Of a stretch of 64,000 nt of DNA, positions 11,401 through 24,060 are shown in pieces. Source of the DNA: Azolla caroliniana (Eukaryota; Plantae; Polypodiophyta); assembly GCA_043228905.1 (NCBI GenBank), contig JBHGNT010000020.1, positions 434,001-498,000 on the forward strand, written 5' to 3'. The position numbers were made by a program, and so were the translations under genes. How positions within the stretch are numbered: the first letter of the stretch is position 1; each line of letters starts with the position of its first letter. The notes beneath the pieces were generated by a model. The model did no database searches, had not been told where the DNA came from, and worked only from the letters and a program-made list of their open reading frames with translations.

Positions 11401-14400
11401 CCTACATGATAAGATCTGGAAGGCATGCACAACTACAGGGCATTGTTATTGACGCTACTATACATCCAATTGAGAGTAACTATTTCAAACTCTCTTATTC
11501 TTCTTCAGGAACTATTGATGCAAATGTTGCTTCAGGCTCCAGTCCTCAATAACACATTCTTTCACAACTTTAGAGTGATGGTGAGGATGCTCGAGCTCAT
11601 GTTGTGCACATGCATGAGACATATTCAATGCATAATAAATACAGGGCACCATCACTAGCTGTATTGAACATCCAATCAAATTGAGAGTTCCTCTTCAAAT
11701 CCTTCATGAACTACCGATGCAAATGTTGCTTCAGGCTCCAATCTTCAATGACCCATTCCTTCACAACTTTAATGGGATGGTAAGGATGACAAGCCCATAT
11801 CCACACTCTCATTGCATTTTCAGTAAAGCAACATATTGTTCCACAAATCCAATTCTTACCATTTCCAAAGGTGCTTGGGATACACTGAAAACCCTCTATC
11901 TCAAAAGCATGACACAATCTTGTCATGCTCAGAAAATTTGATAACTCGAAGATGTAAGGAGATGATAACATGGAAGCATTCTTGACAATGAAAGCAAAGC
12001 CTATAGGCTGTTCGGCCCATTACCAGTAAGATTATCATCAGCCAAGATGGTATACTTGCTGAAAAAGAAGTTCGGCCATTCAAGGATTGTTCCAAAGGGC
12101 CCATTCTTGATTGTTTCAAGCCATATAAGGCTTCCTTTGGCCTATAAACTGTACCTTGCTGACCTGAAATCTCAAAACCAGGGGGCTGCTCCACCTATGG
12201 CATGGCATTATCAGACCATGCCTTGCAACTTGCAAGAGAGCAAGAGGATAAAATGCAGAGGGAGGAAGTTCAGGACGCAAGTACTAGTCAAGTAATGTTA
12301 CATTCACCTCTCCCCACCAAGACTTCCTTCAGTTCATCTTGAAATTATTTTATAGGTCAATGCAGCATGTACTGCAATTGCAAACTTATGAGTGAAAGTA
12401 GGAAGAAAGAACGCTATATTACCATCTCTTAAGCCAAAAAGGCTTTAAGACTGAACAAGAGATTATATCTTAAAATGTCGTCTCATTTTTATGAGCAAAT
12501 CAAAATAAAATATAACTGAATAATGTATGCTGAAAAATCTTGTTATCTAAGCACTTTAAGATTCTGAGCTTAGATAGACTAAAACTTCTGCCTTTGAAAA
12601 ATCTCCAACGTGAAGCACTTCAAGATGGAGTGACCTCCAAAGCAAGGGAAGCAGGGAAGCAACTTCAGTGCCAGGTGATAATGGCCTTTATTTGTCGATG
12701 ATAAGGGTGAAGAGGCCATAGTCCGGATGGTTGTGATCTACGTGCATAGCACATTGCTATTGTCCAATCTACTGCAATCCCGTTCAGGTATCCTTGTCAC
12801 ACACTCAATTATGCGTGCACACATTTTGGCTTGTGTGTTGCCAATTTCACACCTCGGATTGTTCTAGCAAACTATCTTGGACTACATGCATGAGATTGTG
12901 AAGCTTGTTGGTCAGTTCTTCTAATGTCATATATCCTTTGACATAGTCTTGAAGATTGGCAGGTATCTATAGCTTACATATGTCTCTCTCTTCTTGGTTG
13001 CTTTTTGCTCTTTTATTAGAGTCTCTTGTCAAACAAATGTTTTAGACACCATGACTTTCTGAAAACTGTAGAGTTCCATAAGGCAAACCCAAGATTCTCA
13101 TTGCCCATGGTGATGGAAAAATGCCTTAAGATCCACACATTAATGCCTAGCAAAATCAGAGTTCAGATTGTTGAAGTTTGGGTTCCAGAAATTCACAATG
13201 TGGTCTTTTCTGTTTAGGTGTGAAGTTAAACAGGAATATAATCCAAATGAAAGAAAAAGAGAGAATACATCACTGTATTATAAGATGCCAAATTCTGAAA
13301 ATTGCCTACAGGAGCAAAGAAACAAGATACAAGTTGATCTTGTACAAATGAAATTTCCTAGGAGCTGAAATTGACTAGTATTTCTCACTAACACTGTACA
13401 AGCATAAATGCCAAGTTGACTCTTGAGCACAATCAGAAAATAATAGAAACATCTGGAAAAAGAGATAAATTCGACCACCATTTGTGCTCAAACATATTCA
13501 CGGTCATATCACGCAATAATCCAAGCAGTTAACGCATATATAAAGTTATAGAGACCAAGAACAATACCTTAACTTTTGCCGCAAATGCATACATTCAGCC
13601 TGAACATTATGTAAGTAAGCCATATGCAAATCCTGTAGACACAATATGCACAAGAATAAGAAAGAACACTGAAATACATACATAGACTCTACAATTAGAG
13701 ATTATGCTCTAATTAAGTTCACATTGCATACCTCAATACTTTGTAATCCAATATTGCATTATGACCAAACCATAAAACATAAAACATACCACCAAATCAA
13801 TAAACATGTTTCAAAGATAGCAGGGTCAGGCATCAAAGATATATATCTATTAGGCTTCCCTACCTTTGCCTTGTCACAAATTCCTTGACATTTACTTCAT
13901 GATTTATCTTCTTAAATGCTCGTTTAAGTTGCTGTGTAATTTCACATGGCGATAATAAGAAAATTAATGAAATGATAATATAACCGTATTCAAAGTATGT
14001 CTCTGCAAATCACCTCTAGGGCTTCAACCTTCCTGCATTTGTAAATTTTCAAAGATTCAGCGCACAACCATCTTTACACAAAGCTAGAACTTATGTCAAA
14101 AAAACAATAATCTAACATTCTATAGGTATGCAATGGCATCAAATTTAAAAAATATTAAAAATAAGTCATCTCACAACACAATTATGCAAAAGCAGTTTTA
14201 TAAATCAGAAATTAGTAACTAATAATAGACTTATTCAAAATGCAGACCCGAAAGAATCTAGATAGAGAGTAAGTCAGTAGAAATTCACTTTTTGTCCCTG
14301 TCCTGAATCGATAAATTAGCAAACCGCATGAGTACTTCCTCCGGAGTACTGCAAAAACAGAGAATTTTTTTCCATTTGTATCATGCAAAAGTGGAGAGAA

Positions 14401-16450
14401 CATTAAAAAACAGCATTTATTCTTGTTTAGATCCCAGAATAGTTTATTAATAATATCCAACATTTTCAGCTCCTCAATTTTATTTTAATCATCCAAATAA
14501 ACCACACTTATACATACTCACATATAAATTATATGCATCAAGGATGAGATAGACAAGAATTTTAAGCTTAATATTACCTGACATTTTCATTATACTTCAG
14601 AGTTCATGAGAAACTTATCTATGGGATAAAACACATTATTTTGCTAACTACCCTTTGCTTAATTTTCTCAGAGATTCCTAGATTTACTGTAATTAGTAAG
14701 CTCCCCAGATAATGAATAATGCATGGGCTAAACCTACAAGATATCTTACCAACCACCCTCGAAGACAATACAAAATAAAACATCTCTAATCACAATACAC
14801 GAAACATAAAAGATGGTTTACAACCATTTTCAGAGCATGCAACTTTTTCAAGTAATTCATCATTTGTAATGAGTACCATCCAACCATGTGAAAACAAAAT
14901 TGAATATATTTCAGAGGGAACATTCTTTTTTCCATTAAGTAATAACATTTAAGAGTGTTGAAGGATTGTACTCTTGAATAGAACAGTTATAGTTGTGTGT
15001 GTGCCTGATGCTACTGAACATCAAATGGGCACATGTAAAAATTTCCTAAACATCAGATTCACAAAAGATATTTGTGTACTTCATACATCCAACCAGTTAA
15101 AAGATTCTAAATTGCTGGCACTGTGTGGACTATCAAAAGATCAATTTATTCAGTAAACGTGTTCAAAAAAGACTTGCGATTTGCAATTTGTACTGCAGTA
15201 TAACTGTCATCAGAAGCAAAAACCCAAGCATAGGATGGATCCATTTTGGCATGTCTTTATCAATATGACCACTAAGCTCATCCAAGTGCTCTATGGCAAG
15301 GCATCAGTTTGATCCCACATAAAGTTGCCATGGATCATAGTATATTGTTCAATTTCCCCCGCCTTAACACCAATTTTCAAATACGGAATGCTCGTTCAGG
15401 AGATATGTGAAGAGGAAGTAAGACCACATAAGCAAATACCGTTATATTGTTTACATGCCACAGCATGCATATGGATTGTGAACCCCAACAAAATCAATGG
15501 AAATTGGTTTCATAAAGGCATTGGCATAGATAATTACTACATTGTTTACATTCCACAGCATGCATATGGATTCTGAACCCCAACAAAATCAATGGAAAAT
15601 GGTTTCATCGAGCAACTGCAATGCTATGGATAATAGACAAACACATTCTCCAATGCTTACGATAAACACTCTAACAGGTTGGGTGTAAATTGTAGTTTTC
15701 TTTTGTCCAGCCATTGATACATGAATTATCCATCAAAAAACTTTCCCAAAACATTGACACATAAGAGACCCTCTCTCAATTCTCCTTCATAGTCTGCATA
15801 AACAAATGAAATTACAATTTGAATATCAGCTTTATACCCCATCACTATCAGTTCAAAAAATATGATTTTTGGTGGGTATATAGTGAGTGTGATTTTACGA
15901 TCTAAAAACACAGAAACGAAGTGTATGCAAAAATATTGATATTGTCTAACTGATAATAAAATTATTAAAAATAGGATTTCCTGAATAAAATTATTAAAAA
16001 TAGGATTTCCTGAAATTTATATACATAAAAACCAGCGTCACATGTTAACAAATACTGCCAATACTTAGATGGCACTCTATTTAGTTATATTTATGTTGTC
16101 TTGTTCTTAAAAACACGATAGCATTTAGTCTTAATTATCTCTCTCTCTACCTCAGATGTATGACTGTGTGTGTATGTATACGTATACATTCATACATGCA
16201 CACATATATATGTGTACATACATATGGATATTTATGTATGTATGAGCATATGTATTGCATATACGTGCATGTATGTATATATATATATATATGCAAACAT
16301 ACCTGTCTGCAAGCAAGCCAATGTAAATGTATATATATCATCATCATGGATATCAAGAAAGGTAGGTATGCGATTGTAAATGCATGCATACAATATTAAT
16401 ATGCATATGCATATATATATACATGTGTCTGTGTCCATTGAGAAAGAGCA

Positions 16451-16488
<38 letters not shown>

Positions 16489-16693
16489 AGAGTAAGGAAG
16501 GGAGATACCTTTTGGATCCATTGATCCAGGAGAGCTTTCCGGCGGGGGAGAAGAGAACAAGCAAGAGATCGATGTCGCAGAGAGTGGCGAGCTCCTTGGC
16601 TTTCTTCTCCAGGCCCGCCTTACGCTTCGAGTAGGTCACCTGCTTGCCGTTGCTAGTCTCGATCCTCTTGATGGCGAGCTTCACTCTCCCCAT
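8418..16693 (-). CDS. MIKC*-type (P-clade-like) MADS-box transcription factor; 11 predicted exons, 354 aa
   Basis: Exons (all GT-AG, phases compatible, total 1065 nt): 16693-16509 ([53 protein letters not shown]); 14348-14289 ([19 protein letters not shown]); 14032-14014 (KVEALE); 13931-13864 ([19 protein letters not shown]); 13738-13732 (micro-exon); 13632-13568 ([21 protein letters not shown]); 9814-9727 ([29 protein letters not shown]); 9630-9574; 9166-9066; 8954-8639; 8516-8418. The I/K region parallels AGL30/AGL65-type EEVIAKF..QERxKRKxESLE..KKTF.KLDHDVNI. The last four exons rest on splice signals and frame only. Confidence 0.88.
9248..9507. mobile_element. MITE-like element with ~27-bp imperfect terminal inverted repeats (Mutator-like) in MADS intron 8
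   Basis: Left end GAAAACACAGAAATACCCCTACAAC; reverse complement of right end GAAAACACTAAAATACCCCTGAAAC. No clear TSD. Confidence 0.55.
11320..12300 (-). mobile_element. Degenerate Copia fragments in MADS intron 6
   Basis: [29 protein letters not shown] at ~12194-12105 is a Copia RT motif. A diverged duplication (11460-11590 vs 11668-11790) lies nearby. Extent uncertain. Confidence 0.55.
16160..16490. repeat. Low-complexity (TA/TG/CA)n and (GA)n tracts at the 5' end of MADS intron 1
   Basis: Read directly; (GA)n at ~16457-16485. Confidence 0.85.
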
Positions 16694-16829
16694 ACGTGCA
16701 GCTCTGAGTCTGCACCTGTGTCTGTGTCTGCCTTTTTCTTCTGTTTATTTGTGGGAAGTAGAAGAAGGAAGAAAGAAGACGAAGAAGAAGAAATAAAACA
16801 GAAAACGAGAGAGATCCTGAGTTCGAACC

Positions 16830-17325
16830 CATGCGGCTAACAATCGGCAACAGTTCAGTTTGAACCGAACCGAACCGCGACACCGCGGCTTACTGGCTTG
16901 ACGGTTTAATCGTTTCGGTTCAGGTTTAGTTTTTTTTAACGGTTCGGTTTGGTTTCGGTTCGGTTTCAATATGTAGTTAAAAACACCGCGGTTTAACGAT
17001 TTCTTATTTTCTTATTTTTTAATTTTTTTTTTAATTTTTAAACATTTTTTTAAAAATTTAAAAAAAATTGTTTTTAAACAATCTTTTCATTTTTCTAGCC
17101 TTATTTTCACATTTTAGGAACATCTTTAAAATTATAAAATTTTAATTTGACCTAAGTTGAAAACTGAGCCGAACCATGAAAACGCATTTGTAACAGTTTA
17201 ACGGTTTGAAAAATAAATCAGTTCGGTTTAACAGTTTCGTGGTTCGGTTCAAGCTTCAAAAATTTTAAACGGTTTGGTTTTGGCCCTCTCAAATCGAACC
17301 AAACCATTACCAATGTCAACAACTA
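16830..17325. mobile_element. AACCG/CGGTT-rich non-autonomous element (hAT-derived MITE-like) directly upstream of the MADS start
   Basis: Dense AACCG/GGTTC subrepeats at both ends, an AT-rich core at 17000-17150, and weakly inverted ends. A similar partial copy follows to ~17410. Confidence 0.5.
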
Positions 17326-20319
17326 GCGTTGGCAACAGCTCGGGCTCAAGCATGAACCAAGCCTTGAAACTGTTTTTAAACGGTTTGGAGGTTTGGTTTA
17401 GGGTTTCGGGTTTAGCACCCAATGAAGACCAATGGTGGGATAATGGGCCCCACTTGACTCGCATAGAAATATCATCTCGTGAATAAACCTACTATATCAC
17501 AACCTCGAAGACATGGCTATTGTGTCAAATCATTCGTGATATGTTATTTTGCCATCGCATTATCGCACAAACGCTTGTGCTTCTACGTCCGATGAATTAA
17601 TTAAAGCCTCGAGGGATTCATTGGGGTAGAGTGCTTAATTGTACTTATAAGGTCTACATGTGTATCTGCACATCACAAAGTGTGGGGAATTCATCTTGTA
17701 AATTGTTTGTGATAGCTAATTAGCAAGCATTTTTCTTGTTCGATTCTATCCTTCATGTTTTGATTGATTAAATAAAGTCGTAGGGTATTATTATTGCGGA
17801 GTGTTTAACTATATATGTATATAAATGTCTCAAGGGATTCTGGTCTAAATGGAAGCAAAAGGATGGCTCAAATGGTGAGAGCTAGTAGCCATTATTAAGG
17901 TCAAGGATTCAATACCTACTAAAGAAAATGGAAGAGAAAACACGAGGTAGAATGTGTCGGCCAGGTGACCAATGATCATAAAAAAAGAGAAGTTTTACAA
18001 CATGTTAAGATGAAAACTACACAAACTTGGTAAATGTGACTAGTCAACATACTTCTCGTCAGTGACAATAAAGAAGGAGAAGTTTTACAAGAGGTCAAGA
18101 TTCTACGCAAAATGATCACTAGAAGAAAAAAAATGTGAAAGAAGAAGATTAAAGCAACAGTAGAGGGGGAAAGATGAGTCACATTGAATAGGCAATGATA
18201 AGGATGTGTGCGCTAGATACAAATACGATGGATGAGACAGTCAAATCTCTTAATCAAAATTTATCTAAATGGTGGGCATCTTGCACAACAAGCAAGAATC
18301 GCCAACTCAATATTATTATTAGAGATATCATTGATACCTGAGATTGGCATAATATAAAGCAAGAATATTGGACATTTGAATTTTTATCACTTTTGAATGG
18401 GTAGGGTTTTGCCATATAGAGGCTTCAACACTCTCCACCCATCAAAAACCTCCTCCAATGAAACAAGATTGTTATCTCAACAAAAATTGTTGTAGAGTTA
18501 GAGCATGAACCAAATTCCTAATTTGACACTTACGAAGGACAAAGTTGACATAATTTCTAAAAATCAGCGCTAGTGCCTTTCCTAGGTTGACCTTATGGCC
18601 TTCCCTAAATCAGCCTTAGGATAATTCTTGAGCCTAGTAAGATCAATTCTAGCTCAAATAAGGATGATTAAACCTAGCTATGGAACCAAGAAACATTAGA
18701 GTTTCCATTGTGAGACAAAGTGAGCAAGTGACCAACATATTACTCATCGAGGCACAACAACTGTTATCATTGTTCAATCTCAACTCTCCAAACCTTGACA
18801 TTGGGGCTAGTAGGTTCCTAATCTAACTTAGCCTTGACACTAAGCCTAGGTTCTACCTCAATACATCTTTCCCCTCCAAGTTTTCCGAAATCATCCCTAA
18901 GAACTTTTCTCACACACCTAAGCAAACTTCATATGTTGCAAAAATACCCTCCAATCGCAATAAAATAAATAAATATTTAAACTATCCTTTCCCCCTAAAT
19001 CCTAAAGCCTATCCCCCTTTTCCCATGTATATAAACACAAATGGACAATTACATACAACACACACACATATACATATACTATATATAATTCATAAACACA
19101 CACATACATGACAATGTATTTACTCACATAAGACTTACATGCAAGTTTCACACCATCAAATGCGCATAACTTCATAAGCATGTAACCTTAAACAATTCTA
19201 AATGAACTGTTAAGATATCAAGCTCAACTAGGTTTAGTCATTTTGCCAATCATGTAACTTAATAGTTACATAAATAAAATCTAGTTAATGTGTTTACCAT
19301 AAAGTCTTAAATTGGATATTGTACTTCGTACTTAAGTGAGATACATTGTAGATCCCCACTACCAAACTCATTCAATACAGGACTTATACCCCTTGTAGTT
19401 GTAACTTGTACCTATATTCTCTTCCCACATGTGCACCTTTGCACATGAGATGTATATATAGTAGACATTCGTTTAAGTGCGCACTTTGAACGCAAGGAAG
19501 AAGTGCGCACTTAATTGAGCCACACACTTAGGGCTTTTTAAGTCAAAAAAAATTTCCCCCAATTTTTTTCCTCTCTTCTCTTTAACAGAAAGCACAGGCC
19601 AACCAACCATCATTGAGACCCTCTCTTCTTCCGTAATTAGCCCATTGGTGCTCCTAGTGCTACTCCAATCCACGCTCTTGCTCCTAAATTCATCTTTAGG
19701 TATGTATTTTCTTTCCTGTCTGTTTTTTGTGTCTCTTTCTTGTGAATGAATATGAGAGAAGGAAGAGAAGAGAGCTTCTAAATTTGTGAACAATTTAGAT
19801 GGTAATGTGTTAATTATTTAGAAATTATGCACAATTTCTTTAGTTTGATATCCACATATTTTGTTGTGGCTGATATGGCATGTGGTTTAGGAGAAATAAT
19901 CCACATATTTGGCTGAAATAGGGTAAGAAAAATATGTATAAGTAGGGTTTTGAATCCACAAAAATTGATTGATGGCTGAAATAGAGTAAGAAAAATATCC
20001 ATAAGTAGACATTTGTTTGGAAGATGTCCATAAGCTATTAATCAATTAATCTATTAATAGTTTTCCCATCATGTTAGTCCACATAATAAACTATTAATCG
20101 ATTAATGGCTGATTAGCTTTCTCCTCATAGACCCATGCCCAACCTATTTAATGGTAGCATTGGAACATCTAAGTTCAATTCATGATGCATTTCATAACAT
20201 TAGATTTTCTCCAAAGCAAAGTTTCAATGAAATTAGGTCAAGATTGTATCCACATCCTAACATGTGTGCCTCCTTGATGTATAATACTCCAACTTAATTG
20301 GAGAAGACCCAATTCATTT

Positions 20320-20727
20320 GTAAGACGGTCGGAGCGTTGGTAAGGCCGAATGGCATCACTTTGTACTCGAAATGTCCATGGCGTGTCCGAAAGGCCGTTT
20401 TTCACTTGTCCCCAGGCTTGATGCACATCGAATTGTAGGTGCCCCGAAGGTCGATTTTGGAGAAGATATGCCCAATTCAGAGCCGATCGAGGAGCGTTGG
20501 AATTAAGAGCAGGGGTTAACGATTACGCACCGTAACTTTGTTGAGACCCCGATAATCCACACATAAACGTAAAAAGTCGTCCTTCTTTTTGACAATAAAG
20601 ATTGGTGCCTCGACTGGTGATTTGGAGGGTCGAATGAAGCCCTTCACAAGATTCTTAGCCAGATATGTGTGGAGAGCCTCAAGTTTGGGTTCAGATAACC
20701 CATAGATAGGACTGAATGGGGGATGCT
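20320..20727 (-). mobile_element. Element H (Tcn1-like Gypsy): RT N-terminal fragment, 3'-truncated
   Basis: [93 protein letters not shown], with stops. Continues in frame at 27820-27870, 61477-61498 and 62803-64000. Confidence 0.88.
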
Positions 20728-22493
20728 TGTCGAATACGAGTGTATAATGGTCGTATTCACACTGTCCCTTTGGACAACCCAAGTTCGGGCTATTTCTGTA
20801 AATAGCATAAAGGGCAGTTGCCCTAGGATAGTCACTATATAAAGTGACTTTGTAACCTTTAGTGAAGGTTGTTGTTGTTTTTGTCATTTTTGTAACAGTT
20901 GCTATTTGGAATATAACGTATCCTTTGTGCCTCTCTCTCTCTCTCTCTCTCCCTCTGTGTCTATCTTGCTCATGCATACACAGGTTCTTCTTCATCACGA
21001 ATATTGCTTGCACTTCCGCATTGACGGCCTTGTCCCCAACATCTGGTATCAAAGCGTTGGAGGTTCTTCAACCCGCTGCCGGCCGTCATCGCACAACACA
21101 ACATTCTGTTTTCGTTTTCTTTGAAGAACAGAGAAGGGAGCTGAAGAAACAAAAAGCTCGCATCTCACTATGTTAAATAAAAAATTGGAGTAAGCCAGTT
21201 GGTTGTACTCGGCTCCTGTGATTGTAACCGCTTGAGGGGAGCTTCTTGCGCAACAACCGACCCAATCGTGCTTCATTTGGTTAAACAACATCCAAATAGG
21301 TCACCAGACGCTATTCACCCGCTGTAGATTGGTCTCCTGGCAACAACCACTTCGTGCTTCACTCGGCTTATCGACATTCGGGAGGATCAATTGGATCCGT
21401 CCCTCTCATCGTTGCAGTCATCTGAAGCAGAATCGGCCCAAACAATCAGTTTCGTGTAATCGATATTCGGCATACAATCAGAAGCTAACCGGGCTCACTC
21501 TGACTCGGCAACATTCGGGAAGACCAACCGGTTTTGTCCCTCAAGTTATTGAAGTCACTCTAAGCAGGTTCAACAACAAGTATCCGAAACCAAACTGACT
21601 CGGGTTCAAAACCGACTAGAACGATATTGGGTGACCCGACTGGTTGCACCCCACTAAGGTTCGTAGTCAACTCCGAACCGAATCTTCCCAACTGAAACCG
21701 AATTAGATGGCATCAACATTCGGCTCATTGGAGATGAGTCTGACGAGGTTCGACGGTTCGAAATTCAACTTCAGGAAGGAACAAATGTAGGACTATCTCA
21801 TAGTCAAGGGTCAGATAGACCCGATTGAGAATGAAAATCCTCTAGAAGCATACAAGGCAAACGAGTGGCTAAAGCTGGACAGAATAGTCTGCGCCATGAT
21901 TCAGATGCACTTGTTGGAGTCAGTGTACTTCACAGTGCAATCATGCACGACAACGTTTGAACTTTGGAAAACACTGTCGGAAACTTATGAAAAGAAGGTT
22001 GCCACAACGAAGATGTATCTGATCTGACGCCTCTACAACTTGCAGATGAAAGAATCTGATTTGGTTCAGGCACACCTCAACGAGTATGAAAGCATAAGCT
22101 CCCAAATCTCGTCTCAAGGGACGACAATTGAGGATGAACTCAGAGCAATGATACTCATGAGTAGTCTCCCCTCTTCATTGGAAACTTTCGTTACAACCGT
22201 GTGCAATGCTTCAACAGCTGCCATTAAGTACTTCGAAGTCACGAGCGCAATCCTGACTGAAGCAGCTCGGAGAAAGTCTTTCGCCAAAGACTCGGCAGAT
22301 GAAGCTTACGTAGTACAAGGTTCGACTGACCGATCGAACAACCGGGGAAGAAGTTCTTCCCGACCGCCGAACAATCAACGAAGCCAGAGAAAGTCCTAGG
22401 ACAACCGAATATGCAACTACTACAAGAAACCGAGACACATCAAAGCCGACTACCGGGCACTCAAAGCAAAAAATGACAAAGCTCAAAGAGCGG

Positions 22494-24060
22494 TGTCGTG
22501 TGAATCTTCACACACTATGTAAAAAAATAATGAAATAATTATTATAGATTAGATTAGTAGCTTACTATAGAAAGATGGATATACTCAAGAGCTTCAAAAT
22601 GTATTTTACTATATACAAAATGGAGAAATACATATCAAGTTATGAGAAAATGAAGTTTGATTAGATAGAGAAATTAGAACTATCCCACATAGATAGGAAA
22701 GTTAAGGCCCTGGCTATATAAACACCTTGAGCTCCCTCATTTTTCATTTGTGCTAAGAGCACTTTGGCCACTTTGTCTTGATGGATGATGGTTGCCAAAT
22801 TCCCTAAAACCAAAAACTGGCCGGTAAGCAAATCCGGAAAACGGGTCCGGTAAGCAAATTCGGAAATGGGTCGGTAAGCAAATCTGGAAACGGGTCGGTA
22901 TGCAATCCAGAAACCGGTCGGTATGCAAAATCGGAATCGGCCGGCAAGCAAAACCGGAACCGGAACGGGTATGCAAACCGGCTGGTAAGCAAAACCGAAA
23001 ATCGGCCGATAAGCAAAACCGGAACCGGCCGGCAAGCAAAACCGGAACCGGAACGGGTATGCAAACCGGCTGGTAAGCAAAACCGGAAATTGGCCGATAA
23101 GCAAAACCGGAACCGGCCGGCAAGCAAACCAGAACCGGAACGGGTATGCAAACCAGAAACCGGCTGACAAGCAAAACCGGAAACCGGCCGATAAGCAAAA
23201 CCGGAACCGGTCGGCAAGCAAAACCGGAATCGGAACCGGCAAGCAAACCGGAACCGGCCGGCAAGCAAAACCGGAACCGGAACCGGCAAGCAAACCGGAA
23301 GCAGCCGGCAAGCAAAAGCGGAAGCGGAACCGGCCGGCAAGCAAAATCGGAATCGGAACCGACCGACAAGCAAAATGGAATCGGCTACCGGACGATGTTG
23401 GATGCGGACGGACGAAAGATTGGATCATGCAACAAACTAAAGTAAAGTGAAGAGAACTAAAGTAAAGGCCATGTGGACGCAAGCAACTAAAGAAGGGAGT
23501 GCATGGAAAAAGTAAAGGTCATGTGGACAGTCACATGCAACCAAAAGAAAAAGCTAGGCAACTAAAAGTAGAGGCCATGCAACAAAAAGTGAAAAGGCTA
23601 TGATCAAGAGAGAACTCCATATTTATTCCATTTTTTTTTCTACACGAGGACTCTCCATGTTATCTTAATTTTTTTTTTTTTTCTTTGGGAGCTCTCTTAT
23701 CTTATCGAGGCCAAGAACCCTAATCTTCCCTACGGAAGCTAGCTCTCAAGTAAACCATAATCTCCATACGGAAGCAATCTCTCAAAATCCAAAATTCCTT
23801 GTCAAAGCCATATCACTCAAGAATCATAATCTCTTATTTCTTCTAATCTATTATTCTTATCATCTCCATAAGATAAAACTTTTGTAATCCCAATCTTGGG
23901 ATTGATTGTAATCTTTCTTTCCCTTTTATTAATGAAATTTGTTAATCTTTCTCATTTCGGTTAATTCTTAGTATATAAATACACGAATTTGATATCCTCT
24001 AGACAAAGGCCCCGGGGTCTTGCCTCAACGTTCACGTATCCTCGTCGTATTTTTGCGACA
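22494..24060. mobile_element. Element G1: solo-LTR-like insertion (TGTCG..CGACA) in gag of A, 4-bp TSD GCGG
   Basis: GCGG at 22490-93 and 24061-64. Removing the insert restores KAQRADQKSSRHEEVNY. Homologous end-to-end to 61499-62802. Confidence 0.85.
22810..23390. repeat. Tandem array of ~18-24-bp GCAAAACCGGAACCGG-type units with an 88-bp higher-order period, inside G1
   Basis: CCGGCAAGC anchors at 22941, 23029 and 23117 (spacing 88). Confidence 0.9.

Noticed and set aside
16232-16693. 153-aa single-exon type I MADS gene
   Set aside because: The ORF runs past a good donor at 16508 into intronic microsatellite, and downstream MIKC* exons are present.
17500-20300. Possible gene or identifiable TE between the MADS promoter and the nest
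   Set aside because: Only short ORFs with no recognisable motifs; probably old LTR debris, but I could not support boundaries.
20516-21052. 178-aa ORF (and 27492-27830)
   Set aside because: Chimeric read-through from the antisense strand of LTR A into the RT of H; the second is antisense LTR only.
22810-23390. CRISPR-like appearance of the repeat array
   Set aside because: No unique spacers and no cas genes; eukaryotic LTR context.
22661-23482. Long ORFs in three minus frames (273, 210, 189 aa; also 61746-62136)
   Set aside because: They arise from a stop-poor tandem repeat inside G1/G2 and show no protein features.
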